A DNA stretch of 63,356 nucleotides, the filler included, from Anaerolineae bacterium (lineage in GTDB: Bacteria; Chloroflexota; Anaerolineae; Epilineales; Epilineaceae): assembly GCA_029262755.1 (NCBI GenBank). It is 7 parts of 7 records of this genome, joined end to end, with 100 filler letters (N's around TTAATTAATTAA, not from the genome) between each part and the next. Parts side by side here need not be neighbours in the genome. Positions count along the whole stretch, not along the records: positions 40,568 to 54,574 come from JAJCYU010000400.1; 6 more parts are not named here. One strand, written 5' to 3'. A program made the position numbers and the translations under genes. Below, in pieces: positions 40,568-50,625 of this stretch (position 1 is the first letter of the stretch; the number at the start of each line of letters is the position of its first letter). The notes below the pieces were generated by a model, which was not told the DNA's origin, made no database searches, and worked only from the letters and a program-made list of their open reading frames with translations.

Positions 40568-41310
40568 GGCTCGTTGATCGGCATCTTGATGCGACCCGTG
40601 CCGTTCTGCATCACCTTGCTCATCAGGGCGGAGTACTCCGTCGAGATGTCGTCGGCATCGAAATGCAGGAGCTGACGGAAGCCCATCACGCGGTGGTACC
40701 AGCCCACCCAATAATTCATCTTGCCGAGCTCCACGTTGCCGACACAGTGATCGACGTACAGGGCTCCGACTTCGGCGACCTCGATGTCGGGTTCGGCGGC
40801 GACGAAACCCGGCATGAACGCCCCCGCATAATCGCCGCGATCGACGAAGCGGTGAATCGTGTCGCCGTAGGTTCCGATCTCCGCGATCCGCAGCACACCG
40901 TGCTCGTCCTGTGTGGTCGTGGGCGGGGTGATGCCCCGTGCGCCGCGGGCCGTGGTCTCACGATATGCCTTCTCGACGTCGTCGACCGTGAAGGCCATGG
41001 CCTTCACGCCGTCGCCGTGCGTGAGATGGTGGGCCGCGATCTCGCTGTCCGGCCGGTACGTACCGGTGAGCACGAGGCGGATCTTGCCCTGCTGCAGCAC
41101 GTGGCTGACCTTGTCACGCTCGCCGGTCTCTAGGCCGCGATAGGCCACCGGCTTGAAGCCGAAGGCGTGCTGCCAGTAATAGGCGGCCTGATGCGCATTG
41201 CCGACGTACAGCTCAAGGTGGTCAACGTCTTTGAGCTTGAGGAACTCGCCCTCTTCGTTGATCGACCGCTGCTGCCCGTCATAGAGTCGTTCTTCGGTGT
41301 CCAACGTCAT
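40568..41310 (-). CDS. hppD: 4-hydroxyphenylpyruvate dioxygenase, 3'-truncated
   Basis: DHLELYVGNAHQAA, HGDGVK, TYGDTIH, VDHCVGNV, ISTEYSALMSKV..KMPINE. Confidence 0.95.
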
Positions 41311-41390
41311 GGTGCTTGCCTCCATACTTCGGCGGCCCACATCGGGGCGACCGCGGGTCGCTCAGGGTATCATCGAGGGCAGGTGCGGAC

Positions 41391-41421
41391 AAAGAAAAAC
41401 GGGGGGCCGTCAGGCCCCCCG
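41391..41421 (-). terminator. Intrinsic terminator on the minus strand, downstream of the 41636-42772 gene
   Basis: Minus strand CGGGGGGCC-TGAC-GGCCCCCCG-TTTTTCTTT. Confidence 0.85.
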
Positions 41422-41455
41422 AATCGTCCATCCCGAGCTTCGCGTCCACCTTCAA

Positions 41456-41616
41456 GTAGTCCAACCAGCTTGGAGATGCGGGTCGTGAGGGAGCCAATGC
41501 GCCGCGCCGGTGGTTCGCAGAGAGGAGGGAATAGTAACGCTATTGCCGACGAGCGGCGGGCCGCTGGCGTGGATGCATTGGCTCCCGAACCCGTAGATTC
41601 AGGCTGGTTGGACTAC
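41456..41616. repeat. 161-nt long-hairpin element bounded by GTAG...CTAC (REP-doublet/MITE-like), copy 1
   Basis: GTAGTCCAACCAGC...GCTGGTTGGACTAC terminal inverted repeat; pairing continues inward (GGGAGCCAATGC/GCATTGGCTCCC). Confidence 0.85.
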
Positions 41617-41635
41617 TAGTAGGCGGACCGCAACG

Positions 41636-42772
41636 TCAGTCGGCAGCCAGGGGACGCATGGGCGGATACGGAATTCCGTTACGCCGCACCTTGATGCTCA
41701 GAATGTCGGTATCGCCGGCATCCTCGTCCTGCCACACAACCAACCAGCCCTCAGACACGCCATCGACGGCTGCCGCGAACTCCTGAGCGCCCGGGCCGCC
41801 GGCCACGAGGAACTCGCCGCCCTGGGGGAAGCCGTTGCTTCGCAGACGCTGACCGTAGATATCCGGACCGTCCGCACCGGCGGGGTCGTTACGTGAGTGG
41901 AGCAGAAGGTTGCTGAATTGCTCGCGCTTCGGCGCCTGGTCGCCGCGGAAGGTGAAGGCGGAGGTCAGCAGCTCCGGCGCGTACTCGTCCACGTCGTCGC
42001 TGACGATGACCGGGAAGATCGCTCCGGCGCCACCACGCGGCAGGCCGGCTTCGGTCACACGTGCGCCGTAGATGTCCTTCGACGCCGCACCGTCCGGGGT
42101 GAATGCGAAGAGTACCAGGAAGGCCGCGCGCGGCTCCTGGAGATCGCGGGTAATCACCGGATCTTCCGCCACGCCCGGGCCGGTTGCCACGGGGAAAGGC
42201 TCGCCGCGCGTGCGCAACGCGGTCGTGGTGCGCAGGCCCATCACGTCGCCCTCATCGGTACTGTCCTCGCTGAACACGACGATGTAGTCGCGATCGGCCT
42301 GGATGATGTCGGGATAGAGTTGATCGCCATCCTTGTCGAGCAGCAGATAGGGCGCGCCGCGCGGGCGGCCGTTGTTGTGCAGGCGCTGCGCGTAGATGTC
42401 GTAGTCCGTGCCGCCCGGTGCGAGCTCGCTCCAGACCAACACGTTGCCGAACATCGCGGGGTAGCGCTGGGCGCCCTTCTTGCCCTTTTCCGCGCCCGTA
42501 CCCGTGGCGGCGGTCGCTTCCCATTCCCCGCCATCGGGGCCGCCGATCGCGAAGCCGTTATCTCGGATGCGCTTGGCAAAGATCAACGGCCCTGTGCCGC
42601 GGTCCTCGCTCCAGAACAAGAGGTTGTACGGCCCGTCCGTCTCACCGATTGCGGCATCGATCTGGTTGACCGTGGCTGCCGGCGCGGGCTGAGCCGCTGC
42701 GGGCGACGTCGCGGCCAAACCTGCCGTGACGAGCAACGCGGAAAATACGATGGTCCAACGTATACGAATCAT
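41636..42772 (-). CDS. Secreted repeat protein, probable beta-propeller
   Basis: Sec signal peptide ending AAA-Q; six ~50-70-aa units with a DIY[AG]xR...NG..G..F.V core. Confidence 0.7.
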   Translation of the reverse strand: MIRIRWTIVFSALLVTAGLAATSPAAAQPAPAATVNQIDAAIGETDGPYNLLFWSEDRGTGPLIFAKRIRDNGFAIGGPDGGEWEATAATGTGAEKGKKGAQRYPAMFGNVLVWSELAPGGTDYDIYAQRLHNNGRPRGAPYLLLDKDGDQLYPDIIQADRDYIVVFSEDSTDEGDVMGLRTTTALRTRGEPFPVATGPGVAEDPVITRDLQEPRAAFLVLFAFTPDGAASKDIYGARVTEAGLPRGGAGAIFPVIVSDDVDEYAPELLTSAFTFRGDQAPKREQFSNLLLHSRNDPAGADGPDIYGQRLRSNGFPQGGEFLVAGGPGAQEFAAAVDGVSEGWLVVWQDEDAGDTDILSIKVRRNGIPYPPMRPLAAD

Positions 42773-42963
42773 TTCCAATCTCCTATGCGAATAGGGCTAA
42801 TTATCGAAATCGGTCCGCCCGTAGTTAAGGACACACCTGTGCCGAATACGTTACGCGCGGCCCGGCGGCGGGTTCACGCAGCGCGTTCATCCTTGTGGAC
42901 GTCTGTAGCCCCTGAGGCGTGACCCATTCGTGCGCCATCTCGAGAGCGATCATAGCAAAGAAC

Positions 42964-45027
42964 CTACGGGCGAAGCGCAGGCGATCCTTGATACGCGGTG
43001 CGGTACAACGCGTTGCCGGAGACGAGCCAAAGGTGTCCGTCTGCCTCGTCCCACCACAGTGCATGGAAGTTTTCGAGACGGCCGGTGGCCAGCGCGGATC
43101 CGCTCGGCGCCCTGGGCTGGGGAGGTAGGAGCAGCCGAGCTCGAAACACGCCGTCTCCACCGAGCGCGATGACCTGCCCTCCCGCCGCGTCGGCCACGAG
43201 GATCTGATCGGCGCTCGGGCTGCCGTACACGGCGCGCGCGTCCCCGATACGCTCCGGCATGCCGCCTACGCGCAGTCCCGTGTCCCCGCCGGCCTGCAGT
43301 GCGCGTAGGTCGCCGCCGGCAAGGAGCACGAGGATGCGACCATCGATGGCCATGTCGATCGCCTGGGACAAATCGAGATCTTGCTGCAGCCAGGCCTCCG
43401 GAGGGCCAGGGAAGCTCGGCGGCTCCCCGGCGAGGCCGTCCGTGCGCGCGTAGCGATGTACGCGGCCACCGCGATCCAAGACGTAGAGCCGACCGTCGTA
43501 GCCGGCCGCCCGGGTCACGACACGCCACGAGCTATCGTCGAGCGGACCCACAGGCGTCGCGCTTTCGCCGTCCAGGAGCCATAGCCGCGCGGCGGCATCA
43601 AGTACCGCCGCCTGTCCACCCTCACCGCCGCCGGTTGCCGGGAGCCAGAACAGATCGACCGGCGCGCCGGCCACCGCGCCGTTGACAACCAGACCTTGGC
43701 GCCATGCCGCACGCGCCTCGCCTGCGCGCACCCACTCCACGAGCCCCAACGTCCGGTTGAGCACGTACCGTGCGTCTCCGACCGCGACGATATCCCGCGG
43801 ATCCTCGGCCCCGCCGGCTAAGGCAGCTTCCAAGCGCACATCGCCCAACCGCTGGATCCCTGCGGCACGGTCGGCGATCGGGTCTGCCGCGAGCGCGTCG
43901 TCGGCTCCCGTGGCATCCACGAGCGGCGCCGCGCCGCCACCGCCCGCGGCGGCCTCGATAGCGTCGCCCGGGCCGCGCTCGCGCAGGGCCAGCAGCAACG
44001 TGAGCGCGAGGACGGCGACCGGCAGGCCGAGCGCCGCCGTCGCCGCGAGGCGCATCCAGTCCGCGCCACCGCGATCGGCGGCCATACGGGCGGGGAACAG
44101 GCCCAGCAGCACGCGCGCTGCGCCACGAGCCGTCGCGCCGCCGGCGGCCCGAAGTGCGGCGCGCCCGCGGTCCGTAAGCGGGCGGGCCCTGCGCGCGAGA
44201 TCCGCGACGCCAGTCCGCCGACCGATCGGTGCGCTGCGCGCGAACGGCCCAGTCGGGCCGCCACCGATCGTCTGCGCTTCTGCGTCGCCCGGTGCCATGG
44301 TCCGACCGGTGATTTCTTCCACGCCGTTGTCCCCACGTGGATCCGCGGGCGCGACGAAGATCGCAGGCTGACCGGGAGCGAGGGCCGTGGCTAGCGCGTC
44401 GCCCACGCGCGGGGGCGGGGTTCGAAACAGCGCCGCCGCGACGTCGCGCGAAAGGACGCCCGCCGTCGAGGCGCCCACGACGAGCAGCCGCGTGCCCGGC
44501 GCTGGGGGAATCGCCTCCCAGTGCAGGTCGGGTCCGCCGATGCGACCCAACCCCGCACCGAGCGGCTCTGCTCCGGGCTCGTCCACGGACGTCGCGTCGA
44601 TGCTCTCGCGCTTCAGCCACGGGCCGCGCGCGGGAATGCGCCGCGGCGCGTCGGCCTCCGTTCGGTGGTATGCAACGACCGGGCCGGCATGAGCCAGCAC
44701 AATACCGTGCTCACCCACCGCGAGGAGCGCGGCGCCGGCGATGAGCGGGCCCGAGCGGCCACCGGCCTCCGAACGCACCGCCTGGTCGATGGCGTGGTGT
44801 GCATCGCGCAAGCGAGCCGTCACGCCTCCGTGGCCCTCTACGAGCTCTTCCAGCGCACGGTCACGCAAGCCCGCGAGGATCATGCGCTGCTCCTCGGGTG
44901 CAGCGTCGCCGCGTAGCTCGAGGAGAACGGCGAAGGTCACGCGCTGCCCGGCCACACGAACCGTACGCGCTCCGACGGCCTCACGGGGGCCGTGGCGTAC
45001 GACGGTCGCGTCCGAGGCGCGGCGCAT
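42964..45027 (-). CDS. Hypothetical single-pass membrane protein (possible degenerate PP2C-like N-terminus, propeller-like C-terminus)
   Basis: 687-aa ORF 10 nt after guaA; central TM LGLPVAVLALTLLLAL; C-terminal YDGRLYVLD / AIDMAIDGRILVL / ILVADAAGG blades. Confidence 0.6.
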   Translation of the reverse strand: MRRASDATVVRHGPREAVGARTVRVAGQRVTFAVLLELRGDAAPEEQRMILAGLRDRALEELVEGHGGVTARLRDAHHAIDQAVRSEAGGRSGPLIAGAALLAVGEHGIVLAHAGPVVAYHRTEADAPRRIPARGPWLKRESIDATSVDEPGAEPLGAGLGRIGGPDLHWEAIPPAPGTRLLVVGASTAGVLSRDVAAALFRTPPPRVGDALATALAPGQPAIFVAPADPRGDNGVEEITGRTMAPGDAEAQTIGGGPTGPFARSAPIGRRTGVADLARRARPLTDRGRAALRAAGGATARGAARVLLGLFPARMAADRGGADWMRLAATAALGLPVAVLALTLLLALRERGPGDAIEAAAGGGGAAPLVDATGADDALAADPIADRAAGIQRLGDVRLEAALAGGAEDPRDIVAVGDARYVLNRTLGLVEWVRAGEARAAWRQGLVVNGAVAGAPVDLFWLPATGGGEGGQAAVLDAAARLWLLDGESATPVGPLDDSSWRVVTRAAGYDGRLYVLDRGGRVHRYARTDGLAGEPPSFPGPPEAWLQQDLDLSQAIDMAIDGRILVLLAGGDLRALQAGGDTGLRVGGMPERIGDARAVYGSPSADQILVADAAGGQVIALGGDGVFRARLLLPPQPRAPSGSALATGRLENFHALWWDEADGHLWLVSGNALYRTAYQGSPALRP

Positions 45028-45037
45028 CAGGCTGGGC

Positions 45038-46606
45038 CTACTCCCATTCGATGGTGCCCGGCGGCTTGCTTGTGATGTCGTAGGCCACCCGGTTGACCCC
45101 GTCGACTTCGTTCACGACGCGGTTGGCGATGCGGCCGAGCAGGTCATGCGGCAGGCGCGCCCAATCGGCGGTCATGCCGTCCATGCTCGTCACGGCGCGG
45201 ACGGCCACGAGCTGGCCGTAGGTGCGTTGATCGCCCATTACGCCCACACTTCGCAGCGGGGTCAGCACGGCGAAGTATTGCCATGGGAACTGATCGCCCA
45301 GCGCCTCAGGGCCGGCCGCCTCGATCTCGTGCCGCACGATGGCATCGGCCGCGCGCAAGGTGGCCAGGGCTTCCGGCGTAACGGCATCGAGGATCCGCAC
45401 GGCCAGGCCGGGCCCAGGAAAGGGTTGGCGCATGACGGTGCTCTCCATCAGGCCCAGCTCACGGCCGACGCGGCGCACCTCGTCCTTGAACAGGTAGCGC
45501 AGCGGCTCGATCACCTGGAACTCGATGTCGTCCGGCAGACCGCCTACGTTGTGATGGGTCTTGATCTTGTGTGCAGCCTGGGTGTCCGAGGTCGTCGCGG
45601 ACTCGATCACGTCCGGATACAAGGTGCCTTGGGCCAAGAAGCCGTACTCGCCCACAGCCGCGGCCTCGCGCTCAAAAGTGCGCACGAAGGTCTCGCCGAT
45701 CGCGCGCCGCTTCTGCTCCGGGTCGCGGATGCCGTCTAGGGCCTTCAAGAAGGCCACCTCGGCGTCGATCATGCGCACCTCAATGCCGAGCCCTTCGCAC
45801 AAGGTCGCGACCTCTTCGCGCTCCCCTTCGCGCAGCAAGCCGTGATCGATGAAGAGCGCCAACATTCGGTCGCCGACGGCGCGGTGGACGAGGGCGGCCA
45901 TCACCGAGGAGTCCACGCCGCCCGATACGGCGACGAGCACTTGACCGTCGCCTACCTCGTCGCGAATCTCTGCAACAGCGGTCTCGATGAAGTGCGCCGA
46001 CGTCCAGTCGCCGCGACAACCGCATACGTCCAGCACGAAGTTGCGGATCAGCTCGGAGCCGCGCGGTGTGTGGACCACTTCCGGGTGGAATTGGACCGCG
46101 TAGGCGTCGCGCTCCGGATCGCCCATGATGGCCAGGGGCGCGTTGTCGGTGTGGCCCAGCGGCCGGAAGCCGTCCGGGAGTGACTCGACGCGGTCGCCGT
46201 GGCTCATCCAGACCGTCATGCTCGGCGGCAGGCCCCGAAAGAGCGGAAGGTCCACGTCGAGCTTGACCTCGGCCAGGCCGTATTCTCGGTGCTGCGAAGG
46301 CGCCACGGTGCCGCCGTGGGCGTGGGCAAGCAGCTGCATGCCGTAGCAGATGCCCAGCACCGGTACCTCACCGCTGCCCAGCCAGTCCGGCAGCTTCGGT
46401 GCGCCGTCGTCGTACACGCTGTTCGGTCCGCCGGACAGGATAAACCCGCGCGGCGCCAAGGTTTCAACGCGCTCGGGGGGCGCGTCGTGATGGATGAGCT
46501 CGCAGTAGACGCCGTGCTCGCGCACCCGCCGCGCGATCAGCTGCGCCGTCTGGCCGCCATAATCGACGACCACGATGGTCTCCGTATCCGGTAGATGTGC
46601 GTTCAT
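45038..46606 (-). CDS. guaA: GMP synthase (glutamine-hydrolysing)
   Basis: LGICYGMQ, QFHPEV, SGGVDS, IKTHHNVGGL, PFPGPGL, YDITSKPPGTIEWE. Confidence 0.98.
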   Translation of the reverse strand: MNAHLPDTETIVVVDYGGQTAQLIARRVREHGVYCELIHHDAPPERVETLAPRGFILSGGPNSVYDDGAPKLPDWLGSGEVPVLGICYGMQLLAHAHGGTVAPSQHREYGLAEVKLDVDLPLFRGLPPSMTVWMSHGDRVESLPDGFRPLGHTDNAPLAIMGDPERDAYAVQFHPEVVHTPRGSELIRNFVLDVCGCRGDWTSAHFIETAVAEIRDEVGDGQVLVAVSGGVDSSVMAALVHRAVGDRMLALFIDHGLLREGEREEVATLCEGLGIEVRMIDAEVAFLKALDGIRDPEQKRRAIGETFVRTFEREAAAVGEYGFLAQGTLYPDVIESATTSDTQAAHKIKTHHNVGGLPDDIEFQVIEPLRYLFKDEVRRVGRELGLMESTVMRQPFPGPGLAVRILDAVTPEALATLRAADAIVRHEIEAAGPEALGDQFPWQYFAVLTPLRSVGVMGDQRTYGQLVAVRAVTSMDGMTADWARLPHDLLGRIANRVVNEVDGVNRVAYDITSKPPGTIEWE

Positions 46607-46639
46607 GGCGGCTATTGTAGACCGGGGCGCCCACGTGGG

Positions 46640-47908
46640 CTACGGCGCGAAGCCGACGTCCCGCTCGAGCCAGCGCGCAGGGTGCACCGGTACGCCGGCC
46701 ACACGCACTTCCCAGTGCAGGTGCGGCCCCGTCACAGCCCCAGATGCGCCCGCGAGCCCGAGCACGTCGCCCGGCTCGACCCAATCGCCGACCGCGACTC
46801 TCGGCTCCCCAAGGTGGCCGTAGCCGCTGTACACGCCCCAACCGTGATCCAGCCACACCGCATTGCCGAGCACGACGAAGGTTTCGACGAGCACCACGCG
46901 GCCGCGAGCCGGCGCCCGGATCGGCGCCCCCATCCGCGCACGCAGGTCCAGCCCGGAGTGGCGGCCCCGGTAGGCGCCGGCGTTGTAGTCGCGTTTGCCG
47001 CCGAACAAGGATGATACGGTCGGCGTGATGGGTGCCCTCCACGTTCCCGACCAGAATCGCTCCGCCCCGACCGGGCGGGTTAGCTCGGTCAGCCGCGCAA
47101 GCTCGCCGTCCCGTACGGCCGGATCGATCCACGCGGCGCGCTCCGGCGTTTGCTCCAAGTCCAACGTGATCGTCTCTTCGGGATAGTGGCCGTCACGCAG
47201 GGTGAGCATCTCGGTCATCGGCACGGCCTCGCCACCCGGGCGGATCACCGTGAGGTACACCGGTTGCTGCCCAGGCGCGATGTCGGGCGAGGCGGGGATG
47301 ATGCCGGCCCAACGGTCCCCGTCGAGGCGGTGCAACGGCACCTCCACGGTATCCAAGAGCGCTACGACCCGCTCGGCTCCCGGCTCGCGCAACCGGATGA
47401 GCACGGGCTCGCCCTGTGCGACGGCGGGCGGTACGAGGACCAACGGGCGCGAGGGGTCCATCGGGATCGCGGTTGGGGTGGGCGACGGCGGGGGCGTCGG
47501 TGTGATCTGGGTCGGCACGCCGGCCAGATCGCGTCGCAGCGTCACGAACTCCGCGCTGATCCAACCTCGGTCGTCCGCGGGGGAGCGCACCGCGAGCCAG
47601 CGATCGTCATGGCTGCGTCCCTCCAGCGCGACGGGCGTGCCCCGGAGCAACACGTCGCGCGATGGATGCATGGTGTCCGGACCGGCGCGCAGGTTGAGCC
47701 CATCCGCGTCGACGAGCGCGTCCGCGGGAAAGGTGGGCGTGGGCGTGGTCGTAGCCGTGGGTGTCGTGCTCGGCGTCCACGTCGCGGTCGGGGGCGCCTG
47801 CGCCGATGCCGTGGGGGTGGCGACTGCGGGCGGCGGTGTGCCGGTAGCGCAGCCTCCCAGGAGCAGCCCGCAGAGCAAGAGCTCGGGCCGACCGGCATAG
47901 CGGGGCAT
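46640..47908 (-). CDS. Lipoprotein with an SH3 domain and an M23 metallopeptidase domain
   Basis: Lipobox LLGG-C, Pro/Thr linkers, GLNLRAGP (SH3b), HSGLD / YGHL / TGPHLHWEV (M23). Confidence 0.9.
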   Translation of the reverse strand: MPRYAGRPELLLCGLLLGGCATGTPPPAVATPTASAQAPPTATWTPSTTPTATTTPTPTFPADALVDADGLNLRAGPDTMHPSRDVLLRGTPVALEGRSHDDRWLAVRSPADDRGWISAEFVTLRRDLAGVPTQITPTPPPSPTPTAIPMDPSRPLVLVPPAVAQGEPVLIRLREPGAERVVALLDTVEVPLHRLDGDRWAGIIPASPDIAPGQQPVYLTVIRPGGEAVPMTEMLTLRDGHYPEETITLDLEQTPERAAWIDPAVRDGELARLTELTRPVGAERFWSGTWRAPITPTVSSLFGGKRDYNAGAYRGRHSGLDLRARMGAPIRAPARGRVVLVETFVVLGNAVWLDHGWGVYSGYGHLGEPRVAVGDWVEPGDVLGLAGASGAVTGPHLHWEVRVAGVPVHPARWLERDVGFAP

Positions 47909-48026
47909 CGATGGAGGGACGGGCACGCGATCGGCCTTGGCGCGACGGCGGAGCGGAGTGCTCGGCGGCCGCCGCGATTCTAGCGTCGAGGGCGGGGGCA
48001 ACCAATGGTCGCTATACTTCGCGGCC

Positions 48027-49142
48027 GTGACGATCCCCGACGATTCTTCGCTTCCCGTGACTCTCGCGCAGCCTGCCTCGCTGGCGCGCGTGGTCTTTAT
48101 GGGTACACCGGATTTCGCGGTGCCCACGCTGCGCGCCCTGCTTTCTAGCCAGGACGTAGTGGGTGTCTTCACGCGCCGGGATCAACGCGCCGGCCGTGGC
48201 CGTACGCTGCGCGCATCCCCGGTGAAGGAGGTGGCCGGGGCCGCCGGCGTGCCCGTGTTTCAGCCGCGCTCGCTCCGCAAGGGCGCGGACGCGGGACCCG
48301 GCCTCGACGCGCTGCGCGCACTCGAGCCCGACGTGATCGTCGTCGCGGCCTACGGGCTGATCCTGCCGCTCGATGTACTCGATGCCGCGCCGCACGGCGC
48401 ATTAAACGTGCACGCGTCCTTGTTGCCCCGCTGGCGCGGCGCCGCGCCCATCCAGCACGCGATCGCCGCCGGCGACCCAGAGTCGGGCGCGACGATCATG
48501 CGCATGGACGAGGGCCTGGACACCGGCCCGATGATCAGCCGGCGCGCGACGCCGATCGGTCCGCGCGAAACCGCGGGCGAGCTCACCGAACGCCTCGCCG
48601 TTCTCGGCGCGGCGCTGCTTGCTGAAACGCTTCCCCGCTGGATCGCAGGCGAGCTGACGCCGCTGGCGCAAGACCCGGAGCTCGCCACGCTCGCCCCGAG
48701 CCTGCGCAAAGCACAGGGTCGCATCGACTGGTCGCGACCCGCGACGGAGTTGGCCCGGCACGTACGTGCGATGGCACCGTGGCCGGGCGCCTTCACCTTC
48801 GACCCCGACGGCGGTCGCCTGAAGGTCCACGCCGCGACCGCGCTCGACGCGCCGATTAACGTGGTCGTCGATGATCAGTCAGATCCCTCCGACGCGGCCG
48901 GCAGCCATGCATCCACCCCGCACGCGGTAGCGCACCCTGGCCGGGTTGCGCTCATCGAGCACGAAGGCCGATCGTGGCCTGCCGTTGCGTGCGGCTCGGG
49001 GTGGCTGCGCCTGGACGTCGCGCAAGCCGCGGGCGGCAAGCCCATGCCCGGCGATGTGCTCCTTCGTGGACGTCCAACCTGGCCGGGGTCCCTGTTCCTC
49101 GCGGCGCCCGACGCGGCCGCAACGACCTCGGATCGCGCGTGA
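48027..49142 (+). CDS. fmt: Methionyl-tRNA formyltransferase
   Basis: VVFMGTPDFA, VVAAYG, NVHASLLPRWRGAAPI, MDEGLDTG; GTG start 8 nt after TATACT. Confidence 0.97.
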   Translation: MTIPDDSSLPVTLAQPASLARVVFMGTPDFAVPTLRALLSSQDVVGVFTRRDQRAGRGRTLRASPVKEVAGAAGVPVFQPRSLRKGADAGPGLDALRALEPDVIVVAAYGLILPLDVLDAAPHGALNVHASLLPRWRGAAPIQHAIAAGDPESGATIMRMDEGLDTGPMISRRATPIGPRETAGELTERLAVLGAALLAETLPRWIAGELTPLAQDPELATLAPSLRKAQGRIDWSRPATELARHVRAMAPWPGAFTFDPDGGRLKVHAATALDAPINVVVDDQSDPSDAAGSHASTPHAVAHPGRVALIEHEGRSWPAVACGSGWLRLDVAQAAGGKPMPGDVLLRGRPTWPGSLFLAAPDAAATTSDRA

Positions 49143-49768
49143 GGGGGTGGCGAACCGTCCCAAGGAGCATCGGTGCCCATTGGCGCAGCGCAGCCAGTGC
49201 CCGGCGCGCGCTGCCGCGGACGGGCCCACCGTTCTTGCTCCTTCTCGTGCTCCAAACGGTACTCACGTTCTCCATGCTTTCTTGGCTGCCGTTCCCGGCG
49301 CCCATGGCCACGGCCCAGCCCCTACCAACCGCGCCGCCCACGTTCGAGGTGCCGACGCTGCCACCCGACATCCCAACCCCACAACGCTTCACGCCCACGC
49401 CGACGTCCGCATTCTCGCCGACGCCCTCGATGACCCCGACGGCGACGGCCATGGCCACGAACGAGCCGACGGAGCCCCCGGCCACCGCGACCACCTCGCC
49501 CACGCCGCGGCCCGCGAGCCCCACGCCGACCGCATCGGCCACCCTCACGCCGATCGAGCGGTGGTCGCTCTTCCTGCCACGCGTCCTGCGCGAAGCACCG
49601 CCGTCCGCAACGTCGTCCGCAACGCCGAGCGCGACGCCGAGCGCGAGGACGCCGAGCGTGACGCCGCGTGCAGCGCTGAAGGCGCCTCCCCAGAGCGCGA
49701 GGACCCCGACCGTGCGCGCTGAATCGAAGCTCCGTCGGCGCGTCCGCGTCTCGCGCGGTAGTCGATGA
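49139..49768 (+). CDS. Pro/Thr-rich exported or membrane-anchored hypothetical protein
   Basis: GTGA and ATGA overlaps with fmt and lipB; hydrophobic N-terminal segment, long PT-rich tract, then SLFLPRVLR. Confidence 0.6.
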   Translation: MRGWRTVPRSIGAHWRSAASARRALPRTGPPFLLLLVLQTVLTFSMLSWLPFPAPMATAQPLPTAPPTFEVPTLPPDIPTPQRFTPTPTSAFSPTPSMTPTATAMATNEPTEPPATATTSPTPRPASPTPTASATLTPIERWSLFLPRVLREAPPSATSSATPSATPSARTPSVTPRAALKAPPQSARTPTVRAESKLRRRVRVSRGSR

Positions 49769-50625
49769 GCGTGCGCCCCAGTTCTGGCCCCGGCCCCGTC
49801 CCCGGCCCCGTCGCCGGCCCGCCCAACCGGCCGGCCGGCCCGCCGCCGGTGTACTGGACCGATCTGGGCCGGCTCGACTACGAACCTGCCTGGACGCTGC
49901 AACGGCGCATCGTGGAGCGCCTCAAGAAGGCGTCCGAGGAGCGCGAGCCTCCCCGAGCCGTGCAGGGTGGATCGTCCGCGTCGGCTCGTACCTATGCCTC
50001 GGACGAGCCCGATCGGCTGCTGCTGGTCGAGCACGAACCGGTATTGACCATGGGGCGCCGCGCAAAAGAGGAGCACATCCTGCTCCCACGCGCAGAATTG
50101 GCCCGGCGCGATGTGTCGATCATCGCCGTTGAACGCGGAGGCGACGTGACCTATCACGGGCCGGGCCAACTGGTTGCCTACCCCTTGCTCGATCTACGGC
50201 GACATCGCAAGGACGTGCGCTGGTATGCCACGAGCCTGCTGCGGACCGTGGCTCGTACGGTGGAGGCCTTCGGCGTCCAGACGGAGCTGCGCGACGGCGT
50301 CGAGTCCGGGGTCTGGGTGCCGGCCGGCAGCGGCTCCCCTGCCGCCAAGATCGCGGCGATCGGCGTACGGATCGAGCGTTGGATCGGCTACCATGGCATA
50401 GCGCTCAACGTCGATCCCGACATAGAGCATTTTGACTGGATCATGCCGTGTGGGCTGCCGCATGCCCGGACCACGTCCCTCAGCCGCGTGCTCGGCCGAT
50501 CCGTCGACCTGGATGAGGTGCGTCCGATCTTCCTCTCCGCGTTCGCGGAGACCTTTGCCGTTTCGCTTCTTTCCGCGCCGGTCCCGCATGGGTCCGCCAC
50601 CCTCCTCGAGGAGGACATCCCATGA
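49765..50625 (+). CDS. lipB: Lipoyl(octanoyl) transferase
   Basis: LLLVEHEPVLTMG, RGGDVTYHGPGQLVAYP, KIAAIG, YHGIALNV, IMPCGL. Confidence 0.96.
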   Translation: MSVRPSSGPGPVPGPVAGPPNRPAGPPPVYWTDLGRLDYEPAWTLQRRIVERLKKASEEREPPRAVQGGSSASARTYASDEPDRLLLVEHEPVLTMGRRAKEEHILLPRAELARRDVSIIAVERGGDVTYHGPGQLVAYPLLDLRRHRKDVRWYATSLLRTVARTVEAFGVQTELRDGVESGVWVPAGSGSPAAKIAAIGVRIERWIGYHGIALNVDPDIEHFDWIMPCGLPHARTTSLSRVLGRSVDLDEVRPIFLSAFAETFAVSLLSAPVPHGSATLLEEDIP

